Shown piece after piece: positions 56,363 through 64,000 of a stretch of 64,000 bases of DNA. Position 1 is the first letter of the stretch. Each line of letters starts with the position of its first letter. This stretch comes from a virus, in IMG/VR virus record IMGVR_UViG_3300021339_000006, positions 12,798-76,797 of that record; one strand, written 5' to 3'. The notes under the pieces were generated by a model, which saw only the letters and a list, made by a program, of their open reading frames with translations, did not search any database and had not been told where the DNA came from. The position numbers and the translations under genes were made by a program.

Positions 56363-56931
56363 TACGCCCACACCTCTTGAAAGCAGAGGCGGATTTCTGC
56401 GGTGGCTTGATTGAAATCCTCACGACGCTTCCCACGCGCAAGCAAGTAGTCTCGGACGCTTGCCAGCAACTGTTTGGGAGTCATGACCTCCTGCATCAGC
56501 TCTGCGGGCGTCTCCAGTAGCAGCGCAATGATTTCCTGCGCGTCGTCGGACAGACCTTCCACAGCTTCGAGGCAAGGACTGTGCATCGGCGGCGCTGGGA
56601 TCCCAACCACCTCCTCGTTTAGTTCCATCATAGGGCGCGCCAGCGTCCTGTCGCGCACCAAGCTGCGCAAACGCCAGTGCGCGATGTTGTGGACTTGCGT
56701 GGAAAACTTGGTGCCCTTTGTGGGATCGAACCTCCAGTTCAACGTCTTCACGAATGCGTAATGACACTCGCTGAGGCACTCGTCGAAAGGAACGTGGTAG
56801 GTCTTGTGCGTATGCCACGCCAGTTTGTAAAGCAGTTTCACCGTTTCGGTGTATGCCTGCTCTGCATCAATTTTGAGTTCTCGTTTCACTTTGCGGATGG
56901 TTTTTGCTGCCATTGTCTTTGTTGTTTCCAT
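56362..56931 (-). CDS. sigma70-region-2-like phage transcription factor
   Basis: KLLYKLAW...FDECLSE...F...FDPTKGTKFST matches the sigma region 2.3 'FDP.KG.KFSTY' pattern. Confidence 0.7.
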   Translation of the reverse strand: METTKTMAAKTIRKVKRELKIDAEQAYTETVKLLYKLAWHTHKTYHVPFDECLSECHYAFVKTLNWRFDPTKGTKFSTQVHNIAHWRLRSLVRDRTLARPMMELNEEVVGIPAPPMHSPCLEAVEGLSDDAQEIIALLLETPAELMQEVMTPKQLLASVRDYLLARGKRREDFNQATAEIRLCFQEVWA

Positions 56932-56935
56932 TGTG

Positions 56936-57646
56936 TTACTTGAGCTGCGCAGCTTGTGCGCTGTTGCCCACTTGTCCAAGTTTAATTTTGGAGCCTTCCT
57001 TCTTGCCGTGTGCATACGCACCACCGTCGATCCCAACCTCACGGTGCTTCGCCTCTTTGACACCTTCCATCTCTTTAGCAATCAACGCAACCTTGGTCCG
57101 CACAACCAACGCAAAACACTGCGCCTCCTTCGGGTTAAGCTTTTCCTCCTCGCGTTTGTTTGCGGCTGCTATTCCTCGATGAAGTCCGGCGTAAATGCCA
57201 CGCTTGCAAGCTGCGGTCATCTCCACGATCCCAGCCTTGCGTGCTTTGTAGTAGGTGGAGTAGAACACGTCCTCGAGCCAAGGAAACAGTTCCTTGCAAA
57301 TGAGGACGTCGGTGGCGTCTCCAACAAAACAAAAGCGCGAGCGCCCGAAAAATATAACGCGCACGCCGAACACGTCCTGGAGCGTCCACCAAATGTATTT
57401 GTGATACAGCTGGAATTTCTGTGAACGAATCTTCACGTCCTCTTTCACAATCTCCACACCGTAGGTTTTCTTTTCGTTCGGGTCGGCAAGTGACACCATC
57501 GCAATGTCGATTTGGTGTTTCATTGCAAGCTCCTTGGCACGGGCCATCGCAGCCTCAGCCTCGTGCGGCGTCGCTGCGTTGTTGTTTGCAAGTCGGAGAA
57601 TCTTTGCAAGTTTCTCGAGGATTTCTTCGTTCGGTAAGTTGTGCAT
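56936..57646 (-). CDS. DUF2786-domain protein
   Basis: KILRLA...TPHEAEAAMARAKELAMKH.I. Confidence 0.75.
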   Translation of the reverse strand: MHNLPNEEILEKLAKILRLANNNAATPHEAEAAMARAKELAMKHQIDIAMVSLADPNEKKTYGVEIVKEDVKIRSQKFQLYHKYIWWTLQDVFGVRVIFFGRSRFCFVGDATDVLICKELFPWLEDVFYSTYYKARKAGIVEMTAACKRGIYAGLHRGIAAANKREEEKLNPKEAQCFALVVRTKVALIAKEMEGVKEAKHREVGIDGGAYAHGKKEGSKIKLGQVGNSAQAAQLK

Positions 57647-57675
57647 GGTGTTGGTGCTGTTAAGTGTTTGTTGGA

Positions 57676-57897
57676 TTACAGAAATTTAATTTGGACCGGT
57701 GTCGTTCCGTCGTTGACCTCGAACCACGCAACATTGTTGCGGAACTGAAATTCGTAGTCGTCGTCCTCCTCGTCCTCAAACACAATGACCACTGCCGGAG
57801 GATAGCTGAGGATTTCAATTACTGTGCCGAGGCGCACTGCGCCATCCTGCCACGTTACGTTTGCTTGCTGTCCTTCTACTACTTGTTTTGCTTTCAT
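57676..57897 (-). CDS. hypothetical early protein (leaderless)
   Basis: ATG 6 nt after the -10 element. Confidence 0.55.
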   Translation of the reverse strand: MKAKQVVEGQQANVTWQDGAVRLGTVIEILSYPPAVVIVFEDEEDDDYEFQFRNNVAWFEVNDGTTPVQIKFL

Positions 57898-57903
57898 GCC
57901 AAG

Positions 57904-57953
57904 ACGATACACGCACGCACTCTTGCTTGCAACCGTAATCCCTAAAAAGTTTC
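57904..57953 (-). promoter_or_regulatory. sigma70-like early promoter
   Basis: GAAACTTTTTAGG...TTGCAA-N17-TATCGT-N6-ATG. Confidence 0.65.
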
Positions 57954-57959
57954 TTTTAT

Positions 57960-58385
57960 TTATTTCGTCGGATTTGCCGCTTGCTGCGAGACATACTTGC
58001 TGCGTCCGCACAGGATTTGCAGCATTGCTGCGACGCGCACTGGGCGCATTTTGGATGCTTTTATCACCACCTGCTTCATGCCCTTGGTCAGGGTAATCGG
58101 CTCCGTCAGCACTAGCTCCACGCATCCATCTGATCCCAGCTTGCGCACCAACGTTGTAACTGGACGCATTCCGAGCGTGCGCTTAATGTCGAGGTCGATA
58201 AACTCCTCATAAAAACCAAGGATTTCAAACTCGCAGTTGTTAAGCTCCTGCGCCAGTTTGGCCGCCTCTTCCGCTGTGGCCGCTGTGTAAAGCACTGTTG
58301 GCGGTTTCCCTGGCGGGTAGTCCCACACTTTGAGTGCGCCGTCCTTGAGGTTGGGATCGTGAATAAATCGTTTTGTTGATGTCAT
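57960..58385 (-). CDS. hypothetical protein
   Basis: ORF in early cluster. Confidence 0.5.
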   Translation of the reverse strand: MTSTKRFIHDPNLKDGALKVWDYPPGKPPTVLYTAATAEEAAKLAQELNNCEFEILGFYEEFIDLDIKRTLGMRPVTTLVRKLGSDGCVELVLTEPITLTKGMKQVVIKASKMRPVRVAAMLQILCGRSKYVSQQAANPTK

Positions 58386-58581
58386 AAGCTGTTTACAGGT
58401 TATTCCACGCTTCAATAAATGCTGGGATGTTGCCGGTGATCTCAATAGTGGTGGAGCAGTCCGTGCGCGTTACAGTGCAATCGGCCTCCTCCGCAACGCT
58501 CTCAATGTCCTCAAGCACTGCCGCATCCGGCACCTGCTTAAACGTTACCTTTTGCGTTGTCACTCTCGTTATCATATTCAA

Positions 58582-58610
58582 ATCTTACGTCCAGTTGTCC
58601 TAAACTGCAA
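58582..58610 (-). promoter_or_regulatory. sigma70-like leaderless promoter
   Basis: TTGCAG-N17-TAAGAT-N6-ATG (58575). Confidence 0.6.
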
Positions 58611-59006
58611 TAGGAATCTCTACAAAGTCTCTTTTTGTTATTTACCCAACGCAGCTTTGAGCGCGCGGGCTGTAACGCGGAAGCGTTCGAGGTGCGCTGG
58701 GCACATACTGTGGCTGATTTTGAACCCTGCGAGGTCCGGAAAGTAACCTGTAATGGTGCTGCCCGGAAAGCACTCTCCGCATACGTGAACCACGCTTCCA
58801 ATTACTTTGTAGGGCTCGTTTTCAATTAGGGTGTTCATTGGGTGTTACCGGTTGTTGAAGCTGTGGACGATCGTGTCAAGCTGCGCCTCGTGCTGCGCGT
58901 TGTGCGCTGTGCTTGCGCTGCGCACGCCGTCAAATGCACTGCAAAGCATTAGGCACAACACTGCGCTTCCTACTGCAATTAGTGTCAACATCGTCTTCAT
59001 GCTGCC

Positions 59007-59027
59007 GTATTAGCAGGAGTGGTGCCC
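59007..59027 (-). promoter_or_regulatory. sigma54-like (-24/-12) promoter
   Basis: GGGCACCACTCCTGCTAATAC gives GG-N10-GC, with ATG 12 nt after the GC. Confidence 0.55.
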
Positions 59028-59143
59028 TCGAGACATTACGCAAAAACCGTGTGTTCATGCAGTAGCACGCGCAAACGGTGTCTTGTGTCTAGGACATTTC
59101 GAGACACTCTGTCTATTTTCTGCGCAGGCAAGATAATGCGGCT

Positions 59144-60190
59144 GTGAAACTGTTGTCGCTTGCGCTTGCAAACTTCCAAGCGCACGAGAAACTCAATATT
59201 GAGTTCGGTTCTGGCATCACAACCATTTGGGGCCCGACCGACGTGGGCAAGTCTGCCATACTGCGTGCGCTGCGCTGGGTGGCACTGAACGATCTTGGTG
59301 GGGATGATTTCATTCGGGAGGGAGGAAACAAAGCAATCGCGTTGCTCAAAGTGGATGTTGGAGAAAAAGGCCATCCAGTCCTTGTTCGGCACATACTGCG
59401 CACGCGCGGCCCAAGACGCACGAACCTGTATCAGCTTGATGATAAGGAGTTCTCTGCATTCGGGCAAGGCGTTCCATCGGACGTTACCGACCTGTTGAAT
59501 CTGAACGAGATCAATTTTCAAGCGCAGCACGACTCTCCATTCTGGTTCAGTGAATCCGCGCCCGAAGTTTCTCGAAAGCTCAATGCAGTGGTTGACCTCA
59601 GCGTCATCGACAGTTCCTTGTCTTACATTTGGGCACAGGTGCGCCTCGCACAGGAACGCAAGACCGTGACGGCAGAGCGCCTCGCAGAATCGAAAAAGCA
59701 GCTTGAGGAAATTCTGCCGCAGCGGGCTCGGATTGCAGCATTCGAGGAGATAAAGTCTAAGCATGAAGAGCAGCAAAAACTGGCAGCAACTTGTGGTAGA
59801 TTGGAAAAGCTCATCGACCGAGCGCGTGACACTCGAATCCGCGCAAAGGATTCCCTCGCCCAGCACACACAAGGCAGCGCGCTTCTTGAACTTGCCAGCA
59901 ATGCTCGAAAGCTGCAAAAGCGCAGAGACAGTTTGGAAGCTCTTCTCAAGGGCGCACGGGATCAAAAGCTCAAAGCTAAATCTCCACCACCTTTCGCCCC
60001 AGTCGAACTTGCGTATTCAAAATTCAACAAAGCGACTCTGGACGCAAACAACCTAGAGAAGTTGGTTGAACGAATCGAGATGGCGTCCAGCAAAGTCGCG
60101 CGCACAGCAAGGCAGGCGAAAGAAAGCGAATCCGAATTACACTCCAAGACAAAAGGACAACGGTGCCCCTTATGCCAAAAGCCAATGTGA
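59144..60190 (+). CDS. SbcC/Rad50-like ATPase, N-terminal half
   Basis: NFQAH, Walker A GPTDVGKS, Q-loop and coiled coil; ends at the CPLC zinc hook. Confidence 0.85.
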   Translation: MKLLSLALANFQAHEKLNIEFGSGITTIWGPTDVGKSAILRALRWVALNDLGGDDFIREGGNKAIALLKVDVGEKGHPVLVRHILRTRGPRRTNLYQLDDKEFSAFGQGVPSDVTDLLNLNEINFQAQHDSPFWFSESAPEVSRKLNAVVDLSVIDSSLSYIWAQVRLAQERKTVTAERLAESKKQLEEILPQRARIAAFEEIKSKHEEQQKLAATCGRLEKLIDRARDTRIRAKDSLAQHTQGSALLELASNARKLQKRRDSLEALLKGARDQKLKAKSPPPFAPVELAYSKFNKATLDANNLEKLVERIEMASSKVARTARQAKESESELHSKTKGQRCPLCQKPM

Positions 60191-61122
60191 TTGCTGTCCT
60201 CATCAGCGACCTCCACCTGTCGTTGCGCCAACCTTCCTGCCGTGCAGACAAAGACTGGATGGCTGTGCAGGCTAACTACCTCGAACAAGTCCGAGAAGAG
60301 GCTGGTCCTTACGATCGCATTCCAGTCCTCTGCGCAGGTGACATTTTTGACCGTTGGAATCCTCCGCCGGAGTTAATCAACTTCGCTCTCAAGCACCTTC
60401 CTCCAAAAATGCTCTGCGTTCCTGGACAGCACGACCTGCCCAACCACAACATCAGCGACATGCACCGCAGCGGGTATGGCGTCTTGAAACGGGCAGGCAA
60501 AATCACAGACCTAAGCCAATGCACCTCCGGAGGAAACCACCAATGCTATGTCCACAAAGACGGTGATTTTGTAGCACGTGGCTTCGGTTGGGATCAGGAT
60601 ATCGAGTCTCCAGTTTATGAGAGTTTGAAAATGCCGCAGACTCTTCACATCGCGCTCATCCACAAATACTGCTGGATGGAAGGGAAGTCCTACCCAGATG
60701 CTCCTGCGGATGCCAATGTGAATGCATTCCGAAAGCAGCTTAAAGGCTACGACGTGGCAGTGTTCGGTGACAACCACAAGCGATTCATGACTGAGGTAGG
60801 CAAATGCACTGTGGTGAATTGCGGCGGTTTCATCCGGCGCAAGTCCGACGAGATTGGACGTAAGCCCAGCATGGGACTCCTGCATTCCGATGGCACTGTG
60901 ACTTGGAAAAGGCTGGACACGTCCCAAGACCTCTTCCACGAAGGAGAGGACAAGCGCGATGAGGTTGCTGTGGACATGAAGGACTTCATTGACGAGCTTT
61001 TCAAACTTGGGGAGCAGGGACTGGACTTTGTTGAAGCAGTGAAGAACCATCTGCGAGATGACGACATCAAACCCGAGGTGAAACAGATCATCCTCAAATC
61101 CCTGGAAGCTAATGGCACTTGA
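60187..61122 (+). CDS. SbcD/Mre11-like metallophosphoesterase nuclease
   Basis: SDLH, AGDIFD, GQHD and GDNH motifs (alternative start at 60172). Confidence 0.88.
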   Translation: MIAVLISDLHLSLRQPSCRADKDWMAVQANYLEQVREEAGPYDRIPVLCAGDIFDRWNPPPELINFALKHLPPKMLCVPGQHDLPNHNISDMHRSGYGVLKRAGKITDLSQCTSGGNHQCYVHKDGDFVARGFGWDQDIESPVYESLKMPQTLHIALIHKYCWMEGKSYPDAPADANVNAFRKQLKGYDVAVFGDNHKRFMTEVGKCTVVNCGGFIRRKSDEIGRKPSMGLLHSDGTVTWKRLDTSQDLFHEGEDKRDEVAVDMKDFIDELFKLGEQGLDFVEAVKNHLRDDDIKPEVKQIILKSLEANGT

Positions 61123-61369
61123 CAAAGACACCTACCAAAGACTCAAGGACGAAGTTGAGTCCGCGAGCAGTGAGGCGCAGCGCGCAAGGGGCGCTCTCGA
61201 GGAACACATGAAACGTTTGCAAGACGAGTTCGAGTGTGAGACGTTAGACGAGGCGCGCGAGGAACTGAAGAGCTTGCAATCCAAAGCCTCGAAGGCTGAA
61301 AAGGAATTCGACAAAGCCCTCGCCCAGTATGAAAAGGACTGGAAGGGAGACAAAGATGGCGACGAATAA
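61112..61369 (+). CDS. short coiled-coil protein
   Basis: Continuous heptad pattern. Confidence 0.6.
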   Translation: MALDKDTYQRLKDEVESASSEAQRARGALEEHMKRLQDEFECETLDEAREELKSLQSKASKAEKEFDKALAQYEKDWKGDKDGDE

Positions 61370-61538
61370 GTTCTGCCAGCTGACCCGATCCGATCGAGGA
61401 AAGGACAACTACTTCAAATGTGGCAAGCCTGCCAAGTTCATCCTACTCTATGATCCGTTGCACCCGAAGGGACTGCTTCTGTGTGGCAGATGTGCGCGCC
61501 ACACTCGAAAGAAAGACAATTTAAGGAAGCTAATATGA
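61356..61538 (+). CDS. small Cys-rich protein
   Basis: C...CGKPA...LCGRC. Confidence 0.5.
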   Translation: MATNKFCQLTRSDRGKDNYFKCGKPAKFILLYDPLHPKGLLLCGRCARHTRKKDNLRKLI

Positions 61539-62104
61539 TCGACTTGGATGAAGAAGAGAAACACATCTCCGAACTACGCACCAAGTTGAGCACCCTCAAA
61601 GACGTGGTGAGACGCGAGGAAGAGGAAGTGGTGAAGGCTGATGCAAGGATCGCCCACACGCAGGACGCGCAAGAAATCCTTCAACGTCTGGCAGAGGCTG
61701 TCCAGCAGCAAGCGCACAAGCGTATCTCGGAAGTGGTGTCGTCCTGCCTGTCGGCTGTGTTCGATGATCCTTACGAGTTCAAGATTCAATTTGAACGCAA
61801 GCGCGGGCGCACTGAGGCGCATTTGGTATTCACCCGACGCACGCTCCAAGTCGATCCGCTGACAGCTTCCGGTGGTGGTGTCGTGGACGTGGCAGCGTTT
61901 GCATTGCGCATCGCGTGCCTTGTTTTACACCGTCCGAGACTCCAACACATTGTCGTCCTCGATGAACCATTCCACTTTGTCTCGGAACAGTATCAGGGCA
62001 ACGTGCGCGAGATGCTGGAGCAACTCTCAAAGGACATGAAAATCCAGATCGTAATGATCACACACAACGAAAATTATGCGACGGGGAAAATCATCGAGCT
62101 CTAA
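61535..62104 (+). CDS. SbcC/Rad50-like ATPase, C-terminal half
   Basis: Signature SGGG, Walker B VVLDEP and H-loop ITH. Confidence 0.85.
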   Translation: MIDLDEEEKHISELRTKLSTLKDVVRREEEEVVKADARIAHTQDAQEILQRLAEAVQQQAHKRISEVVSSCLSAVFDDPYEFKIQFERKRGRTEAHLVFTRRTLQVDPLTASGGGVVDVAAFALRIACLVLHRPRLQHIVVLDEPFHFVSEQYQGNVREMLEQLSKDMKIQIVMITHNENYATGKIIEL

Positions 62105-62328
62105 AGACCAAGCCGAGATCGTCACGTGCCCACTATGCGAGCGCACCTACAGCACTTTCAAGGAGGCGGAAATCCTTGTCAGCGGAAGATGTAACGCCTG
62201 CATCATACTCAACGCGCTGCTCGAGGTCTGCAAAGTCCACGAGATGAGTTTGCAAAGCGCCGTGGTTGGTTACGTTCGTGGAGTGGCGAAGCTTGAGCAC
62301 CTGAAAGCGAAGGAAGTTTGGGCACGCA

Positions 62329-63141
62329 TCAACGAGCGGTAGCTGGATCAATGTTGATTGGACCAACCGGACGTGGCGTTTCCACTGCCTGCACCCAAAC
62401 CCTTGTAGGTCTCTTCTTACGTATGGGCTTGGGCACCACGAGCTTTCCACCCTTGGGCGCTATTGCGGATAGGAAGTAGGGCCGCGTCCTGTAGAAGCCA
62501 GCGTCCTCCACAGTCTCATACCAAAGCACCACAGGCCCTTCTGTCGTGACCAAGGCGGCCCAGTTGGTAAGTGATGCGCTGCTTTCCACGTAATGCTTTC
62601 CCGGCGGCACCTGGAGCCCTAGGCGTTGAATTTGAGCACTACTCCATCGACTGTCTGCACTCCTGCCTTGCGCACGCACGCGCACGATCCAAGAGCCCTC
62701 GGTGGTCATGGGCAAATCCCAAATGATGATGGACGTGTTGGTGGTGAAGTTTGTCCCATAGTAGGTGGAGTGAACTTCGATCAGATAGTTGGTCGCCTCA
62801 GCAACCTCCGTCCACATTGCAAAGCCGTTTTGCAACTCAAGCACTGGCGCTGGCATGTGAGGAATTGCCCATGACACCTCGTCACTGAATTCGCTTTCTA
62901 GCTGCGCGCCGTTTTCGTCGATCTCATAGGCAGTGACACAAAAGAACAACACGTCACCCGAACGCTCCTTTGTAATTGGATAGTTGGTGCTCAGTCCAAC
63001 GTCCACTGAGTTTGTGTAGGAACGAGAAGCGCCACCAATGTAGACTTTGTATCCAGCCACCTCCGGCTCTGTATTGGGATCCCATTCAAGCCACGCACCA
63101 AAGCAAGACGATGCGAGCAGAAACCAAAGCAGCATCTTCAT
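62329..63141 (-). CDS. secreted fibronectin type III domain protein
   Basis: Signal peptide, WDPNTEPEVAGYKVY...VTAY....ESEFS; C-terminal ESSASLTNW...FYR. Confidence 0.75.
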   Translation of the reverse strand: MKMLLWFLLASSCFGAWLEWDPNTEPEVAGYKVYIGGASRSYTNSVDVGLSTNYPITKERSGDVLFFCVTAYEIDENGAQLESEFSDEVSWAIPHMPAPVLELQNGFAMWTEVAEATNYLIEVHSTYYGTNFTTNTSIIIWDLPMTTEGSWIVRVRAQGRSADSRWSSAQIQRLGLQVPPGKHYVESSASLTNWAALVTTEGPVVLWYETVEDAGFYRTRPYFLSAIAPKGGKLVVPKPIRKKRPTRVWVQAVETPRPVGPINIDPATAR

Positions 63142-63887
63142 ATCGTGAGCCCTACTTCTGCACCGAACTTGGTTCGGAGGAAGGTTCGATCCGTTCCAGC
63201 GACCACTGTATTGTAGACGCGCAGCCGTCGAATCTGACCAGCGAACGGAATACCACTTGAACTCATTTCTATTCGATAGTTTCCGCTGACAGTAAGATTC
63301 GTTCCACCAGCAGCCGACCCGTTAGATACACCGTCCACATACATATCTTTATTACCACCACTGCGATGATATTCAATTACATGCCAGGCGTCATCCCACC
63401 CGCTCAATTGGCTGGCAGAAAGACGATTAGGCGTTTCAGGGAAATCTGCGTAGAACACATTCGTGTAGGTGGAATACCAAAGGTGGGTCGGAGTCCCTTG
63501 AAGACGAATGATTGTATTCATCGCCTGCGCCCCATACTGCTTCACAGCCGCAAAAATGGAGAAGCTGCTGGCCGACAACCAAGTAGAAAGTGGGATGGGA
63601 GAAACTGCCGGTCCTAGGAAATAGTTGGTGGCACCTCCTGTTGGTAGAGCGATGCAGGGTAATCCATTCGCTCCGGTTGCATCGTAGGTCATGTTATTTC
63701 CAACACCAGGCACCATGGTGATGGCGTTGGGACTGGCCTCGACGAAACTCGCCACTGCTCCACCATGCGTCAATCCAGTCAGCAGCGACGCGTTGAAATC
63801 AAACGTCATGCCAGTAGTGAAATCAGGTGTTCCTGATGGCGTCAGTCTTCCTACCAGTGCTGGTGAATTCAATCCTAGTCCGTGCAT
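63138..63887 (-). CDS. LamG/concanavalin A-like lectin domain protein (probably virion-associated)
   Basis: WHVI.......MYVDG...FAGQI..LRVYN. Confidence 0.7.
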   Translation of the reverse strand: MHGLGLNSPALVGRLTPSGTPDFTTGMTFDFNASLLTGLTHGGAVASFVEASPNAITMVPGVGNNMTYDATGANGLPCIALPTGGATNYFLGPAVSPIPLSTWLSASSFSIFAAVKQYGAQAMNTIIRLQGTPTHLWYSTYTNVFYADFPETPNRLSASQLSGWDDAWHVIEYHRSGGNKDMYVDGVSNGSAAGGTNLTVSGNYRIEMSSSGIPFAGQIRRLRVYNTVVAGTDRTFLRTKFGAEVGLTI

Positions 63888-63888
63888 A

Positions 63889-64000
63889 TTATGGTTCGGC
63901 GGCGTATGCCGCGATGATGTCCGTGTCAGCAGATCCGAAACAAGTAAGCGTCATAAGAGCCACCTTACTGGCAGCAAGCGAAGCCGGCGCCGCTGCACCT
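63889..64000 (-). CDS. C-terminus of a probable tail-fibre-type protein (partial)
   Basis: ...APASLAASKVALMTLTCFGSADTDIIAAYAAEP-stop. Confidence 0.45.
   Translation of the reverse strand, partial: GAAAPASLAASKVALMTLTCFGSADTDIIAAYAAEP

Noticed and set aside
1-64000. Integrase, DGR/reverse transcriptase, introns/inteins, stop-codon reassignment, lysis genes
   Set aside because: No supporting motifs seen. Genes read full-length in the standard code. Lysis and remaining tail genes probably lie outside the window.

Overview
This is 64 kb of a large tailed dsDNA bacteriophage genome (Caudoviricetes). Almost all genes lie on the minus strand; the exception is a plus-strand nuclease operon at 59.1-62.3 kb. 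No integrase, CRISPR array, rRNA or canonical tRNA is visible. Left to right: (1) 1-15.4 kb holds tail tube, neck, capsid, protease, gp7-like and portal genes. A six-enzyme glycosyltransferase/methyltransferase/dioxygenase cassette sits inside the head module, and a further Maf/GT42-like gene sits between the neck genes. (2) 15.6-24 kb holds nucleotide-metabolism genes (ThyX, a lone RNR TSCPD domain), small ORFs and an ORF-free cluster of three structured RNAs, one tRNA-like, at 20.5-20.8 kb. (3) 24.3-27.2 kb holds the terminase subunits and queC. (4) 27-34 kb and 57-59 kb hold early-type small genes behind leaderless sigma70-like and sigma54-like promoters. (5) 34-57 kb holds a full replication/recombination set: resolvase, 5'-3' exonuclease, RecA, SSB, UvsY-like protein, clamp loader, split UDG-exonuclease/PolA, clamp, DnaB, an initiator with internal iterons, primase, SNF2 helicase and a sigma-like factor. 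It also contains the 7-deazaguanine DNA-modification genes dpdA-like, folE, queE and queD. (6) A Rad50/SbcC split around Mre11/SbcD, then FN3/LamG/fibre genes. A C-terminal motif in two secreted-type proteins suggests a Verrucomicrobiota host (inference). The best candidates for new biology are the virion-glycosylation cassette, the ncRNA array, the AGATAAY leaderless promoter regulon, an apparently split DpdA, and tandem proteins with an NAD-ligase domain-Ia-like motif. All product calls come from motif recognition by eye, not database searches.
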